The notes: generated from the letters alone by a model not told the origin. 64,000 nt of DNA from Candidatus Limnocylindria bacterium (GCA_046262615.1 JBHEML010000004.1:5596-69595), one strand, 5' to 3'; shown: positions 28,337 to 38,932, numbered from the stretch's first letter. A program made the numbers and translations.

Positions 28337-28788
28337 TCGCCCAGGCCGGGCCGCTCGGTCCCGGAGACGAGGCGCTCATCCGCGTGGCCGCGCTGGCCCG
28401 CGAGCGCGCCTACGCGCCGTACTCCCGGTACCGGGTGGGTGCCGCCGTGCGGAGCCGCCGGAACCGGATCTACGGCGGGGCGAATGTCGAGAACGCGTCG
28501 TACGGCCTCACCGTGTGCGCCGAGCGCTGCGCCGTCTTCGCCGCCGTGGCCGCGGGCGAGACGCGGGACTACGACGCGGTCGCCATCGTCGTGGGGGGCG
28601 ATCGCCTGCCGTCGCCCTGCGGGGCCTGCCGGCAGGTGCTCGCAGAGTTCTCGCCGGACGTGCGCGTCGTCCTCGCGACGACGGGAGGCCTTCGCGGCAT
28701 CACGACGCTCGGCGCGCTGCTCCCGGACGCGTTCTCGGCCGCCGCGCTCGCTGGCGATCCCCCTGCGAGCATGAAGACGGAGACGTAG
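28333..28788 (+). CDS. cdd: cytidine deaminase
   Basis: YAPYSRYRVGAAV...NVENASYGLTVCAERCAVF...PCGACRQVLAEF. Confidence 0.92.
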   Translation: MIAQAGPLGPGDEALIRVAALARERAYAPYSRYRVGAAVRSRRNRIYGGANVENASYGLTVCAERCAVFAAVAAGETRDYDAVAIVVGGDRLPSPCGACRQVLAEFSPDVRVVLATTGGLRGITTLGALLPDAFSAAALAGDPPASMKTET

Positions 28789-28908
28789 GGGACACGACGC
28801 CCGGCACCCCGCGCTCGCGAACGGCCGTGCGCCATGCGCTCCCGCGCGGGCGAACGGCCGCACCCGGGTCAGCCGGTGTCAGCGGGGCGCGACGGGCCCC
28901 GGCGCCGG

Positions 28909-29427
28909 TCAGCGCGCCGGCGTCTGTGCGTCCGTGAGCGCGCGATAGAAGCGGGTCGCGCCGGTCATCGCGAGATCGCGCAGTCCCTCGGAGATGCGCT
29001 CCTCCGAGTGGACGCCAGCGGACTCGATCCGGATGACGCCGTAGTCGCGGAGGAGCGACAGCGGGAACGGGCGCTGCAGGCTTGCGTCCTGGATCCGCTC
29101 GAGAAGCAGCGCCGATTGGTTGCGATCGAACACTCCCCAGCGCGCGATGACGCGCCGGTCCGTCAGCACGAACCACCGGGAGCGCCACCTGATCCAGCGG
29201 ATCAGGAGCAGCAGCGCGTACACCGTGGCGGCCACGGCGAGCGCGCCACCCGCGACCCGGAGGTCCGCGTCGCGCCACAGGTAGCCTGCGACGAGCGCCG
29301 CGATCGCGATCAGCACGACCTGCGGCTCCCAGAGATAGAGCGGCCGCGTCGCCACGAGGACGTGCTCGTCGGGTTCGAGCACCACGTCGCGCGGGATCCC
29401 GTGCGAGGACGATCGTGAGGTCGCCAC
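28909..29427 (-). CDS. bacterial PH-domain (YdbS/DUF304-like) membrane protein
   Basis: Two TM helices followed by WFVLTDRRVIARWGVFDRN...IQDASLQRP...YGVIRIESAG. GTG start. Confidence 0.75.
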   Translation of the reverse strand: MATSRSSSHGIPRDVVLEPDEHVLVATRPLYLWEPQVVLIAIAALVAGYLWRDADLRVAGGALAVAATVYALLLLIRWIRWRSRWFVLTDRRVIARWGVFDRNQSALLLERIQDASLQRPFPLSLLRDYGVIRIESAGVHSEERISEGLRDLAMTGATRFYRALTDAQTPAR

Positions 29428-29665
29428 GGCCCGGACAGCGTAGCGGCACGCTGGTCGTCTCCGCGATGCCGGCGCGACATCCCGCCGTCGTCACGAACGA
29501 TCCCGAGGCCTGGTGTGCGGCGCGGTCGAACGCCTCGATGGGGCGCGCGACCGCGATGGACTCGGCCGCGATGTGATGCCGGCGGACAGCGGACCTGCCC
29601 GAAAGTGAACGAGCAAGGAACTCGACGCCGGCGAGCGCGGGCACCCTTAGGGACGGTGGCGCACC

Positions 29666-30724
29666 TCAGGCGGTCGCGACCGCCGGCGGCGACTCCACGG
29701 CTCCCGTGGCCGCGTCGACGAGGCGCTCGAGGAGGCTCAGCGGCTCGCTCGCGCCGGCGAGCGCCCGGATGCCGCGCAGTCCGTGCAGCGCGCGGCTGCG
29801 GTGCTCGCCGATCTCGCGCTCGATGACCGCGCGCACCTCGAGCGTGTCCAGGATCTCCCGTATCCGCTCGACGTCCTCCGTGGGAAGAGGTGCGGGGGAC
29901 TCGAAAAGCCCGGCCAGGATCGCCCGCGTGCGCGGGCTGCCGCGCTCGAAGGCCAGCACCACGGGAAGAGTCTTCTTGCGCTTCACGAGATCGTTCATCT
30001 GGAGCTTTCCCGTGCGCTCGGATGTCCCCCAGATCCCGAGCAGGTCGTCGTGCGCCTGGAACGCCTGTCCGAAGTCCTCGCCGAACCGAGCGAGCGCCGC
30101 CCGGACGTCGTCATCGTCGCTCGCGAGCACCGCGGCGCCCTCGACCGACGCGGCGATCAGGGCGCCGGTCTTCTTCGCGACCATCGAGCGGTAGCGGTCG
30201 GCGGTCACGTCCGTCCGGGACTCGAAGCTGATGTCCAGGAACTGGCCTTCGCAGACGCGGACGCACGCACGATCGATCTCGCCCACGAAGTCGAGGATCC
30301 GCTCCGCAGGGAACCCTCTTCCGCGGAGCCGCTGCACAGCGTGCCGGGACACGGCGTACATGCCGTCGCCGGCGTTGATGGCCTGCGGGACGCCCCACAC
30401 CGACCATGCCGTCGGCCGATGGTGCCGGGTCGGATCCTGGTCCTCGATGTCGTCGTGGATCAGCGTGAAGTTGTGGAGCAGCTCGACGGCGGCGGCGGCG
30501 GGAAGGACGGGCCGAAGGTCGCCGGTCATCGCCTCGAAAACGAGTCCGCAGAGGAGCGGGCGCAGCCGCTTCCCGGTGCGACGATCCGCATCGAGGCCGA
30601 GGTGGTACAGCATCATCCCGTAGAACGGCTGCAGCGCCGGCTCGGCTTCGGAGAGCATCGAGCGGATCTCTTCATCGATGGCCGCGATTCGCGCGTCGAA
30701 CACTCCCGTCATCGCTGCCACCAT
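29666..30724 (-). CDS. polyprenyl diphosphate synthase (GGPP-synthase family)
   Basis: LLHNFTLIHDDIEDQD (first Asp-rich motif) and FQAHDDLLGIWG. Start taken at MVAAMTG (30724), because the track start at 30889 would run through the recO start. Confidence 0.88.
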   Translation of the reverse strand: MVAAMTGVFDARIAAIDEEIRSMLSEAEPALQPFYGMMLYHLGLDADRRTGKRLRPLLCGLVFEAMTGDLRPVLPAAAAVELLHNFTLIHDDIEDQDPTRHHRPTAWSVWGVPQAINAGDGMYAVSRHAVQRLRGRGFPAERILDFVGEIDRACVRVCEGQFLDISFESRTDVTADRYRSMVAKKTGALIAASVEGAAVLASDDDDVRAALARFGEDFGQAFQAHDDLLGIWGTSERTGKLQMNDLVKRKKTLPVVLAFERGSPRTRAILAGLFESPAPLPTEDVERIREILDTLEVRAVIEREIGEHRSRALHGLRGIRALAGASEPLSLLERLVDAATGAVESPPAVATA

Positions 30725-30755
30725 TCGCGATTCTAGGACTCCACCGGGGGCTAAC

Positions 30756-31541
30756 ATGGCCGTGATGGGCTCACGCACATACCGTGCCGAGGCGATCGTC
30801 CTGCGCACGCTCGACCTCGGTGAAGCGGATCGGATACTCACGCTCCTCACGCGGCACTTCGGGAAGGTGCACGCGATCGCGAAGGGCATCCGCAGGCCGA
30901 CGAGCCGTCTGGCCGGTCACGCGGAGCCGCTGTCGCACGCGACGTATCAGCTCGCGCGGGGCCGGAACCTCGACGTGCTCACCGGCGCGGAGCCGCGCGC
31001 CACATACCGCACGCTGCGCGAGGACCTCTCGCTCATTGCTGCCGCCTGGTATGTCGCCGAGCTCGCGGATCGCTTCTCTGTGGAGCGCGCACCCTCCGCT
31101 CCGCTCTTCGAGCTCGTCGAGACCGCGCTCCGTCACCTCGAGGCGGGCTTCGCTCCGGCGCTCATCTGCCGCTGGTTCGACCTGCACCTGCTCGACCGCG
31201 CGGGGTTCCGTCCGGAGCTCGCGGCTTGCGTGCGCTGCCGGCGTCGGCCGGAGGAGCTCGTGAATTCCTGGAACGCGGCGGAGGGTGGACTCGTCTGCGC
31301 GGGCTGTTCGGGGGCGCTTCCCGGTTCGGTCGACCTGTCGGTCCGCGCGCTGAAGTCGCTGCGGTTCCTGCTCGTCACGGATTTCGACGCCGCCTCAAAG
31401 CTGCGCGTCGAGGGCACGCTCGCCCTCGAGCTCGAGCGCCACCTGCGGGGTTTCCTGCACGAGGTGCTCGACCGGGAGATCCACGCGGCCCGCCTTATCG
31501 ACGACCTCGTGCGCTTCCGGCCCGCCGCCGCATCGGCATGA
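30756..31541 (+). CDS. recO: DNA repair protein RecO
   Basis: AEAIVLRTLDLGEADRILTLLTRHFGKVHAIAKG.RR. C-terminal Cys cluster C.RC...CAGC. Confidence 0.9.
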   Translation: MAVMGSRTYRAEAIVLRTLDLGEADRILTLLTRHFGKVHAIAKGIRRPTSRLAGHAEPLSHATYQLARGRNLDVLTGAEPRATYRTLREDLSLIAAAWYVAELADRFSVERAPSAPLFELVETALRHLEAGFAPALICRWFDLHLLDRAGFRPELAACVRCRRRPEELVNSWNAAEGGLVCAGCSGALPGSVDLSVRALKSLRFLLVTDFDAASKLRVEGTLALELERHLRGFLHEVLDREIHAARLIDDLVRFRPAAASA

Positions 31542-32926
31542 CGGCGGCGGACCCTGTGCGCTCCGCGGCGGACCCGGCCGTGATGGACAAGGTCGTGTCG
31601 CTCGCCAAGCGCAGGGGCTTCGTCTTTCCCTCGAGCGAGATCTACGGCGGTGCCGCTTCCACATGGGACTTCGGCCCCCTTGGCGTCGAGCTGAAGAACA
31701 ACGTGAAGCGGGCGTGGTGGCGGGCGATGGTGCAGCTGCGCGACGACATCGTCGGCCTTGATGCGGCGATCCTCATGCACCCGCGCGTGTGGGAAGCGTC
31801 GGGCCATGTGGAGAACTTCACCGATCCGCTCGTCGAGTGCCGGAACTGCCGCCATCGCTACCGCATGGACGAGCTGCCGAACGGTGAAGCGCTCGCGGAT
31901 GCGTGGCGCAGCGGCTCCGCCGACCTCTCCTCCACCGCGTGCCCGAACTGCGGCGAGCGCAAGCTCACCGACCCGCGGCGCTTCAACCTCATGTTCAAGA
32001 CCTTCGTCGGCCCCGCGGAGGACTCGGCCTCCGTCGCGTGGCTGCGCCCCGAGACCGCTCAGGGCATCTACGTGAACTTCGAGAACGTGCAGCAGTCCGC
32101 GCGCCGGCGGTTGCCGTTCGGCATCGCGCAGATCGGCAAGGCGTTCCGCAACGAGATCACCCCGAAGAACTTCATCTTCCGGTCGCTCGAGTTCGAGCAG
32201 ATGGAGATGCAGTACTTCTGCCGGCCGGTGGAGGCGGCGCCCGCCTACGAACACTGGCTGGCGCGACGTCAGGCCTGGTACGCGGACTTGGGCATGTCGG
32301 CCGGCCTGCTGCGCGTCCGCGAGCACGCCGAGAACGAGCGCGCGCACTACGCGGCGAGCGCGGTCGACATCGAGTTCCACTACCCGTTCGGCTGGAAAGA
32401 GCTCGAGGGCGTGCACTATCGGACGGACTTCGATCTTCGCCGCCACGCCGAGTTCGCGGGCCGCGATCTCTCGTACTTCGACGACGTGCGCGGCGAGCGA
32501 TTCGTCCCGCACGTCGTCGAGACGTCCGTCGGCGCGGACCGTGCGACGCTGTCCTTCCTATGCGCGGCGTATGACGAGGAACCCGACAAGGACGGCACGC
32601 GGGTGGTGCTGCGACTGCATCCGTCGCTGGCGCCGTACAAGGTCGCCGTCCTGCCGCTGTCGAAGAAGCCGGAGCTGAGCGAGGCGGCTCGACGCGTGTG
32701 GGCCGAGCTGCGGCCGCACTTCATGACCACGTACGACGACACGCAGGCCATCGGCCGCAGGTACCGCCGGCAGGACGAGATCGGCACGCCGTTCTGCGTC
32801 ACAGCGGACTTCGAGACGCTGAACGACCAACAGGTGACGATCCGTGACCGCGACGACATGTCGCAGGTGCGCGTGCCTATCGTGGAGGTCGCCGCGTGCG
32901 TGAGGGAGCGGCTGGGCCTCGCCTGA
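31538..32926 (+). CDS. glyQS: glycine--tRNA ligase (class II, alpha2 type)
   Basis: LAKRRGFVFPSSEIYGG....WDFGPLGVELKNNVK..WW...GKAFRNEI.P.NFIFR..EFEQMEMQYF. ATGA overlap with recO. Confidence 0.95.
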   Translation: MTAADPVRSAADPAVMDKVVSLAKRRGFVFPSSEIYGGAASTWDFGPLGVELKNNVKRAWWRAMVQLRDDIVGLDAAILMHPRVWEASGHVENFTDPLVECRNCRHRYRMDELPNGEALADAWRSGSADLSSTACPNCGERKLTDPRRFNLMFKTFVGPAEDSASVAWLRPETAQGIYVNFENVQQSARRRLPFGIAQIGKAFRNEITPKNFIFRSLEFEQMEMQYFCRPVEAAPAYEHWLARRQAWYADLGMSAGLLRVREHAENERAHYAASAVDIEFHYPFGWKELEGVHYRTDFDLRRHAEFAGRDLSYFDDVRGERFVPHVVETSVGADRATLSFLCAAYDEEPDKDGTRVVLRLHPSLAPYKVAVLPLSKKPELSEAARRVWAELRPHFMTTYDDTQAIGRRYRRQDEIGTPFCVTADFETLNDQQVTIRDRDDMSQVRVPIVEVAACVRERLGLA

Positions 32927-33008
32927 CCTGACCCTCGGCGCCGTCGCTGAGATCGCGCTGCTGGGGCTCCTGTTCACGATCGGCGCGCGCACGCCTCTTG
33001 TCGCGCTC

Positions 33009-33722
33009 ATGGCGTTTCGCCGGGAGCGCAACCTCGTCGGGCTCCTCCTGCCGCAGGCTCTGTTCGCGGTCGCGGCCATCGCCGTCGCGCCGATCCTGGC
33101 GAGCGACGTGAGCCGGGACCTCGCGGTCGGCACGGCCGCACTGGCCGCCGCGCCCGGGCTCGTTCGCGGTGAGCGCTTGGCGGAAGCACTGGGCGGAAGG
33201 CGGGACGCGGCGGCGGCCTTCTTCACCGGGACGCTGTTGGTGACGCTGCTCATCGTCCAGCCGGCGCTGGGGCGGTTCGCGACCGCGGCTGGTCCGGGCA
33301 TCGGCGGTGTGGCGCTCGCCCTGGGCGGGGGAGCGGCGCTGGCCGCGATGCTGCCAACGGTGCGCGACCTGCTGCTGGCGCCGCTGCGGTGGGCCGAGAC
33401 GATCTTCGCCGCCTTGCTCGCGGCCACGACCGCGATCGCCGCGCTCTCGTCCGGGCCGCCGCCGCTCTGGGCGTTCGCCGCGGCCGCCGGGGTGCTCGTC
33501 CTCGGTACCGGCGGTGCCCTCGTGGCGTCGTGGATCGGCGGGGCTCGAGCGGCGTCTGTCGTGGCGGGAGCAGGGACCCGCGACCCCGCTATCGCCGGCG
33601 CCTTCTGCCTCTCGGCCTCCGCCCCGGCTGCGGCCGCGGTGCCGCTCGCCTACGGCCTCATGCTGCTCGCGGCGGCCGCGCTGGCGATCGCCGCGCGCCG
33701 CGCGCGCGCCGTCCGAACCTAG
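33009..33722 (+). CDS. Ala-rich polytopic membrane protein, function unknown
   Basis: Several hydrophobic helices, high GC3. The open frame continues upstream to CTG 32928 and would add one more hydrophobic helix. Confidence 0.5.
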   Translation: MAFRRERNLVGLLLPQALFAVAAIAVAPILASDVSRDLAVGTAALAAAPGLVRGERLAEALGGRRDAAAAFFTGTLLVTLLIVQPALGRFATAAGPGIGGVALALGGGAALAAMLPTVRDLLLAPLRWAETIFAALLAATTAIAALSSGPPPLWAFAAAAGVLVLGTGGALVASWIGGARAASVVAGAGTRDPAIAGAFCLSASAPAAAAVPLAYGLMLLAAAALAIAARRARAVRT

Positions 33723-33766
33723 GTAAAACTCCCCACGCCGGTTGCGCCCTGGAGCGCCCGGCGCGA

Positions 33767-34417
33767 GTGTCAGTCGCGGTGGCGCTGCCTCTGATAACGA
33801 CGTTGGTCGCGGCGGTCTTCGCGCTCTTCGTCCTCTCGCAGTGGGCACGCAAACGCAAGCCCTACCAGCTCGTCTGGGGCATCGGCCTGCTCATGTTCGC
33901 CCTCGCTGCGGGCGCCGGACTGGTGGCGCGCACGTCGGGAGTGGGTGAGGCCGATTACCGAATCTTCTACCTCTTCGGCGCGATCCTCAATGTCGCCTGG
34001 CTCGGGCTCGGGACCGTGTACCTCCTCGCGCCCCGCCGCGCCGCCCACGCCGCGCTGACCGCCGTGACTCTGCTCAGCGTCGTCTCGGCACTGGTGGTGT
34101 TCTCCACGCCGGTCGATGTCGCGGCGGCCGGCGATACCGGCCGGGGTTTCCAGGACGCGCCGTTGCCCCGCGTGCTGGCCGGCATCGGCAGCGGCATCGG
34201 CAGCCTGGTGCTGATCGGCGGGGCGCTCTGGTCGGCCTGGCGTTTCATGCGGCGCAGGCACCAGGGACGCCGCGCCCTCGCGAACGTCATCATCGCGGCG
34301 GGCGTCCTGGTCGTCGCCGCCGGCGGGACCGCCGCCTTCACCGGAGCCGGCGGGATCCTCGAGACGACGAACCTCGTCGGCATCGCCGTCATGTTCGCGG
34401 GGTTCCTGCTGGTCTGA
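33767..34417 (+). CDS. polytopic membrane protein, function unknown
   Basis: GTG 33767. About 6 TM helices (LPLITTLVAAVFALFVL..., GIGLLMFALAAGAGLV...). The track ORF from 33389 is over-extended. Confidence 0.6.
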   Translation: MSVAVALPLITTLVAAVFALFVLSQWARKRKPYQLVWGIGLLMFALAAGAGLVARTSGVGEADYRIFYLFGAILNVAWLGLGTVYLLAPRRAAHAALTAVTLLSVVSALVVFSTPVDVAAAGDTGRGFQDAPLPRVLAGIGSGIGSLVLIGGALWSAWRFMRRRHQGRRALANVIIAAGVLVVAAGGTAAFTGAGGILETTNLVGIAVMFAGFLLV

Positions 34418-34452
34418 TCCGCATCCATTCGCGCGGCGCCGCCGCGCCGGCG

Positions 34453-34941
34453 CTACCCGCTACTTGTCCTGTCCTGGGTGCCCTTCTGCTTCTCGTCGTC
34501 CCGGAGAAGGCGGGTGACGAGCTGCCGCGCGGCGAGCGTCGCGCCCGCGGTCAGCCCGGCGGTCGCCGCCTCCCAGACCGCCCGCTGCGCGCGCGGTCCC
34601 TGTTCGACCTGGCCGATCTCCTCTCGGAGCTGTTCGCGCAGCCGCTTCCTGGCACGGCCGCGCAGCTTGTCCACGCGGCCGCCGAGGCGCTCGATCACTC
34701 GCTCGATCTCGTTGTCCGGACGGCGCTGCCGCGACTCCCGAACGCGGCGGACGACCCCGACGATACCGAGCGCGGCGACGGATCCGAGCGTGCCGAAGAC
34801 GGCGACAGGCTGCCGCCGCGCGAGCGCGCGCGGGTCGGCATCGGCCTTCGCCCGAGCGAGCAACCGATCCAGATCGGCGTCGATGTGCCCGCGAAGCTCG
34901 GCTAGCTCGCGGTGCGTCCGCGCAGACGGGCTTTCGCCCAT
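34453..34941 (-). CDS. DUF3618-like coiled-coil/membrane protein
   Basis: ATG 34941 with strong GAAGGAGA RBS. Charged helical N-terminus, one TM helix (VAVFGTLGSVAALGIVGVV), charged C-terminus. Confidence 0.7.
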   Translation of the reverse strand: MGESPSARTHRELAELRGHIDADLDRLLARAKADADPRALARRQPVAVFGTLGSVAALGIVGVVRRVRESRQRRPDNEIERVIERLGGRVDKLRGRARKRLREQLREEIGQVEQGPRAQRAVWEAATAGLTAGATLAARQLVTRLLRDDEKQKGTQDRTSSG

Positions 34942-35330
34942 GCGACCGTCTCCTTCACCGATGCGATGGACCGCTGCGGTCCATGCAGCTCGAGCCGCTT
35001 GTATCCCATGTAGCCCGTGATGCCGGCAGCCACCCCGAAGATCACCGTGACGATCAGCGCGCTCGCCCAGAGCGGGAGGAAGAGGGCGATGAGCGCGACG
35101 ATCAGCACCGTCAGTCCGACGACGAAGAAGAGCGCCAGGGCCGCCGCGATCCCGAACCACTTGACCGCCCGCAGGTTCGCCCGGACGATCTCGCTTATCT
35201 CCTGGCGCGGCAGCTCCAGCTGCTTGCGGACATACGTGCGCACGTTCGTGCGGATCCGCCCGAGAAGCGCGCCGTAGCCGGTGCCGCTATCCATTCCGGC
35301 GGACTCTACAGGTTCCGACGCGGTCTGCAC
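34902..35330 (-). CDS. Holin-X / phage-holin-family-3-like small membrane protein (actinobacterial stress-cluster type)
   Basis: Two TM helices: WFGIAAALALFFVVGLTVLIVALIALFL, WASALIVTVIFGVAAGITGYMGY. Overlaps the downstream DUF3618 gene by 40 nt. Confidence 0.7.
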   Translation of the reverse strand: MQTASEPVESAGMDSGTGYGALLGRIRTNVRTYVRKQLELPRQEISEIVRANLRAVKWFGIAAALALFFVVGLTVLIVALIALFLPLWASALIVTVIFGVAAGITGYMGYKRLELHGPQRSIASVKETVAWAKARLRGRTAS

Positions 35331-35405
35331 CGCGCCGGCGGCGCGGCACTGACGCTGCGGGATGCGCGACGTCCCGCGCGTGACCGCGGCGCGGATGGTG
35401 GGTGG

Positions 35406-35891
35406 TCAACGTCGCGCCGGCCGCTCGGGAGCTTCCCGGAGCGCAGTGGCGATCCACGCGCGCGCCAGCCGGTGCAACGCGGCGTACGCGTCCCACGTCA
35501 TGCGCGCCCATCGCTCGACCGCCCGGGCGTGCTCCGCAGGGTCGCCCACGGCGAGGACGTCGGCGATCGTCATGGCGCCCCGCTGCGCCGGCACGGCCGG
35601 TCTCTCGACCGGCGAGCCTCCGCTCAACCAGCGCTGCACCGCGGCGTTCGTCGTCTCGGAGCCTTCGAACTCGACTCCGCAGCAGAGCCCCGTCAGATGC
35701 GCCGCGAAGGATTTCGCCGACCGGCCGTACCGATCGGGGTGCTGCATCGCGTACACGTCTACGGCGAGGCGGTGCACCCGCGCGTACCGCACGTCCGAGA
35801 GCGCCTGCAGCGTCATCTCTTCGAAGAGCGCCTGGCATCCCTCCGTGCCGCCTTCGATCGCGAGGCCGCAGCCGGCACAGCTGTCAGTCAT
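35406..35891 (-). CDS. hypothetical protein with N-terminal CxxC (DUF5946-like)
   Basis: [10 protein letters not shown]...[11 protein letters not shown]...[13 protein letters not shown]. Start at ATG 35891. The track ORF to 36653 is over-extended across the ppdK promoter region. Confidence 0.6.
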   Translation of the reverse strand: MTDSCAGCGLAIEGGTEGCQALFEEMTLQALSDVRYARVHRLAVDVYAMQHPDRYGRSAKSFAAHLTGLCCGVEFEGSETTNAAVQRWLSGGSPVERPAVPAQRGAMTIADVLAVGDPAEHARAVERWARMTWDAYAALHRLARAWIATALREAPERPARR

Positions 35892-36126
35892 GCCAAGGGT
35901 GCCCTGGGGTCGAAGATCCGCAAAGCGCGAAAGTACGCGCCGCAGAAACCGCGGTCCCGCGTGAGCAGGCGGTCCGCCTGCATCTGCGCGTGAGCTCCGA
36001 CCAGGAAGTGCGCCACGATCCTCATTGCGATCGTACGTTTTCCCACGACCCGCGTCCGAATCGGAGCCTCCGCGGTACCCGCCAGGGGTCCGCGGCCGGC
36101 CGGAGCGATGCGGCGACCTGGCATCT

Positions 36127-36145
36127 GCGAGAATCGCGTTCTCGC
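36127..36145 (+). promoter_or_regulatory. inverted repeat GCGAGAA-N5-TTCTCGC upstream of ppdK (operator or 5'UTR hairpin candidate)
   Basis: Perfect 7-bp arms at 36127-36133 and 36139-36145, 26 nt upstream of the ppdK ATG. Confidence 0.2.
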
Positions 36146-36170
36146 GAGAAGTGCCGCCGGAGGACCTGTC

Positions 36171-38903
36171 ATGCCGACCCGCACCGCGCGACGCCCAGCC
36201 CCGCGCAAGGCCGCCACGACGAAGTGGGTCTACCTGTTCGCCGACGGCAAGGCGCAGGGCAGCGCGAAGATGCGGGACCTCCTGGGCGGCAAGGGCGCGG
36301 GCTTGGCGGAGATGACGAACGTCGGCCTGCCGGTGCCGCCGGGCTTCACCATCACGACCGCGGCGTGCAACGCCTACTTCGCGGCGCGAAAGCGCCTGCC
36401 CGACGGGCTCTGGGAACAGGTCGAGCGCGGACTGGCGACGATCGAACGCGCGACCGGGAAGCGCTTCGGCGACGCCACCGATCCGCTGCTGGTGTCCGTC
36501 CGTTCGGGAGCCGCGCAATCGATGCCCGGCATGATGGACACCGTCCTCAACCTGGGACTTACCGACGAGACGCGCCGCGGCCTCGCCGCGCTGACGCGTA
36601 ACGAGCGGTTCGCTCTCGACGCGCACCGGCGCTTCATCCAGATGTTCGCGCACATCGTGCTCGAGATCGACGCCGACAAGTTCGCGAAGGCGCTTGATGA
36701 GGCCAAGAAGCGAAGCGGCGCGGCGAGTGATGCGGAACTCTCACGCGACCAGCTGAGGCGGCTCGTCGACCGGTTCAAGAGCATCGTCCAGGAGGCGAAG
36801 GGCGAACCTTTCCCCTCGGATCCGCGCGCGCAGCTGCGCCTCGCGGTCGAGGCGGTATTCCGATCGTGGTTCGGAAAGCGGGCGGTCGACTACCGGGCGG
36901 CGATGAAGATCCCGGACGACCTCGGCACTGCGGTGAACGTCCAGTCGATGGTGTTCGGGAACATGGGCGACGACTCGGGCACCGGCGTCGCCTTCACCCG
37001 CGATCCCAACACGGGGGAGCACGTGCTGTACGGCGAGTACCTCCTCAACGCGCAGGGCGAGGACGTCGTCGCCGGGATCCGGACGCCCGAGAAGATCGCG
37101 ACGCTGCGCACCCAGCTGCCGCCGGTCTACCGCCAGTTCGAGCAGATCGCGAAGAAGCTGGAGCGCCACTACCGCGACGTCCAGGACCTGGAGTTCACGA
37201 TCGAGCGCGGCAAGCTCTACATGCTCCAGACGCGTGCCGCGAAGCGGACCGCGCGCGCCGCGGTGCGCATCGCGACAGAGATGGTCCGCGAGCGCGTGCT
37301 CACCCGGGAGGAGGCGCTGCAACGGGTCGAGCCGTCGCAGGTCGAGCAGCTCCTGTTGCCCAGGTTCGACCCTCGCGAGGTGGAGGCGGCGCGCGCGGCC
37401 GGGCGCTACCTCGCCAAGGGCCTGAACGCGTCGCCGGGCGCCGCGACCGGAAAGGCCGTGTTCGACGCCGACCGCGCGGTCGAGCTGAAGGGCGCGAAAG
37501 AGCTCGTCGTGCTGGTCCGGCCCGAGACGAGTCCCGACGACTTTCACGGGATGGTCGCGGCCACGGGCATCCTCACCGCGCGGGGCGGCTCCACGAGCCA
37601 CGCCGCGGTCGTTGCGCGCGGCCTCGGCCTCCCGTGCGTTGCCGGGTGCTCGGCGCTATCGATCGACCTCGCGAAGCGCGAGATGCGCGTGGGCGAGGCG
37701 GTCATCAGGGAGGGCGAGGCCATCTCGATCGATGGCACGACGGGGGAGGTCTTCAAGGGCGAGCTGCCGACGATCGAGCCGACGTTCGAGGACGAGAAGG
37801 AGCTCATCCGGCTCCTCTCGTGGGCGGACAAGGTGCGCCGCCTCGGGGTCTGGGTGAACGCCGACACGCCAGAGGAGTGCGCGCAGGCGCGGCTGTTCGG
37901 GGCGGAGGGCGTCGGGCTCGCCCGGACGGAGCACATGTTCCGGCAGGCCGAACGCCTACCGCACGTCCAGGACATGATCATGGCCGACAGCGAGGACGGC
38001 CGCCGCGCGGCGCTCGCGAAGCTGCTGCCCTTCCAGCAGGGCGACTTCCGCGAGATGTTCAAGGCGATGAACGGCCTGCCCGTTGTGATCCGGCTCATCG
38101 ACCCTCCCCTGCACGAGTTCCTGCGCGAGTTCGCCGACGTTGACATCGACATCGCGGTTGCGGAGGCCACGGGCAAAGAGGGGCCGGACCTCGAGGAAAA
38201 GCGCGCGATCCACCGCCGCCTCCAGCAGCTGCACGAGGACAACCCGATGCTCGGGCTCCGCGGTTGCAGGCTCCTCTTGGTCTACCCCGAGATCCTCGAG
38301 ATGCAGATCCGCGCGATCCTCGGCGCCGCGGCGGACGTGGCCGAGCGTCGCGTCGTCGCGAAGCCGGAGATCATGATGCCGCTCGTCGGGACGATGGGTG
38401 AGCTCGATCGCCTGCACGAGCAGGTGTACGCCGTCGCTGAGGCCGTGGAGGGCGAGAGAGGGAGGCGCATCCCCTTCAAGTTCGGCACCATGATCGAGAT
38501 CCCGCGCGCGTGCATCATCGCCGACCAGATCGCCACGAAGACGGAATTCTTCTCCTTCGGCACCAACGACCTGACCCAGACCGTGCTCGGGATCTCGCGC
38601 GACGACGCGCAGAAGAGCTTCCTGACGCGCTACGTCGAGCAGAAGATCATCGCGGACGACCCGTTCCAGGTGATCGACCGTGAGGGAGTCGGCGCGATGA
38701 TGCGCATGGGGGTGGAGCGTGGGCGTGAGACGAAGCCGGATCTCAAGGTGGGCATCTGCGGCGAGCACGCGGGAGAGTCGAGCAGCGTCGCGTTCTGCCA
38801 TGACATCGGCCTGACGTACGTGTCGCCGTCGACGTTCCGCGTGCCGGCGGCGCGCCTCGCGGCCGCCCAGGCCGCGCTGGCGTCGCCGGCGCGCGACCGC
38901 TAG
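36171..38903 (+). CDS. ppdK: pyruvate, phosphate dikinase
   Basis: KWVYLFADG...[15 protein letters not shown]...[18 protein letters not shown] (phospho-His)...[11 protein letters not shown]...GICGEH. Confidence 0.96.
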   Translation: MPTRTARRPAPRKAATTKWVYLFADGKAQGSAKMRDLLGGKGAGLAEMTNVGLPVPPGFTITTAACNAYFAARKRLPDGLWEQVERGLATIERATGKRFGDATDPLLVSVRSGAAQSMPGMMDTVLNLGLTDETRRGLAALTRNERFALDAHRRFIQMFAHIVLEIDADKFAKALDEAKKRSGAASDAELSRDQLRRLVDRFKSIVQEAKGEPFPSDPRAQLRLAVEAVFRSWFGKRAVDYRAAMKIPDDLGTAVNVQSMVFGNMGDDSGTGVAFTRDPNTGEHVLYGEYLLNAQGEDVVAGIRTPEKIATLRTQLPPVYRQFEQIAKKLERHYRDVQDLEFTIERGKLYMLQTRAAKRTARAAVRIATEMVRERVLTREEALQRVEPSQVEQLLLPRFDPREVEAARAAGRYLAKGLNASPGAATGKAVFDADRAVELKGAKELVVLVRPETSPDDFHGMVAATGILTARGGSTSHAAVVARGLGLPCVAGCSALSIDLAKREMRVGEAVIREGEAISIDGTTGEVFKGELPTIEPTFEDEKELIRLLSWADKVRRLGVWVNADTPEECAQARLFGAEGVGLARTEHMFRQAERLPHVQDMIMADSEDGRRAALAKLLPFQQGDFREMFKAMNGLPVVIRLIDPPLHEFLREFADVDIDIAVAEATGKEGPDLEEKRAIHRRLQQLHEDNPMLGLRGCRLLLVYPEILEMQIRAILGAAADVAERRVVAKPEIMMPLVGTMGELDRLHEQVYAVAEAVEGERGRRIPFKFGTMIEIPRACIIADQIATKTEFFSFGTNDLTQTVLGISRDDAQKSFLTRYVEQKIIADDPFQVIDREGVGAMMRMGVERGRETKPDLKVGICGEHAGESSSVAFCHDIGLTYVSPSTFRVPAARLAAAQAALASPARDR

Positions 38904-38932
38904 AAGCGGCGGTCCGCGTAGCCTTTAGGGCG

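Noticed and set aside
29428-29665. 238-bp gap between the polyprenyl synthase and PH-domain genes, examined for a small RNA or ORF (track ORF 28700-29644, minus strand)
   Set aside because: The long ORF is out of frame with the PH-domain gene and has shadow-frame composition. I could not identify a convincing structure, repeat or conserved motif by eye.
34902-35330. Holin-like gene as evidence of a prophage lysis module
   Set aside because: No endolysin, spanin, terminase, integrase or att-like repeats are nearby. The Holin-X + DUF3618 pairing is a common chromosomal cluster in high-GC Gram-positives.
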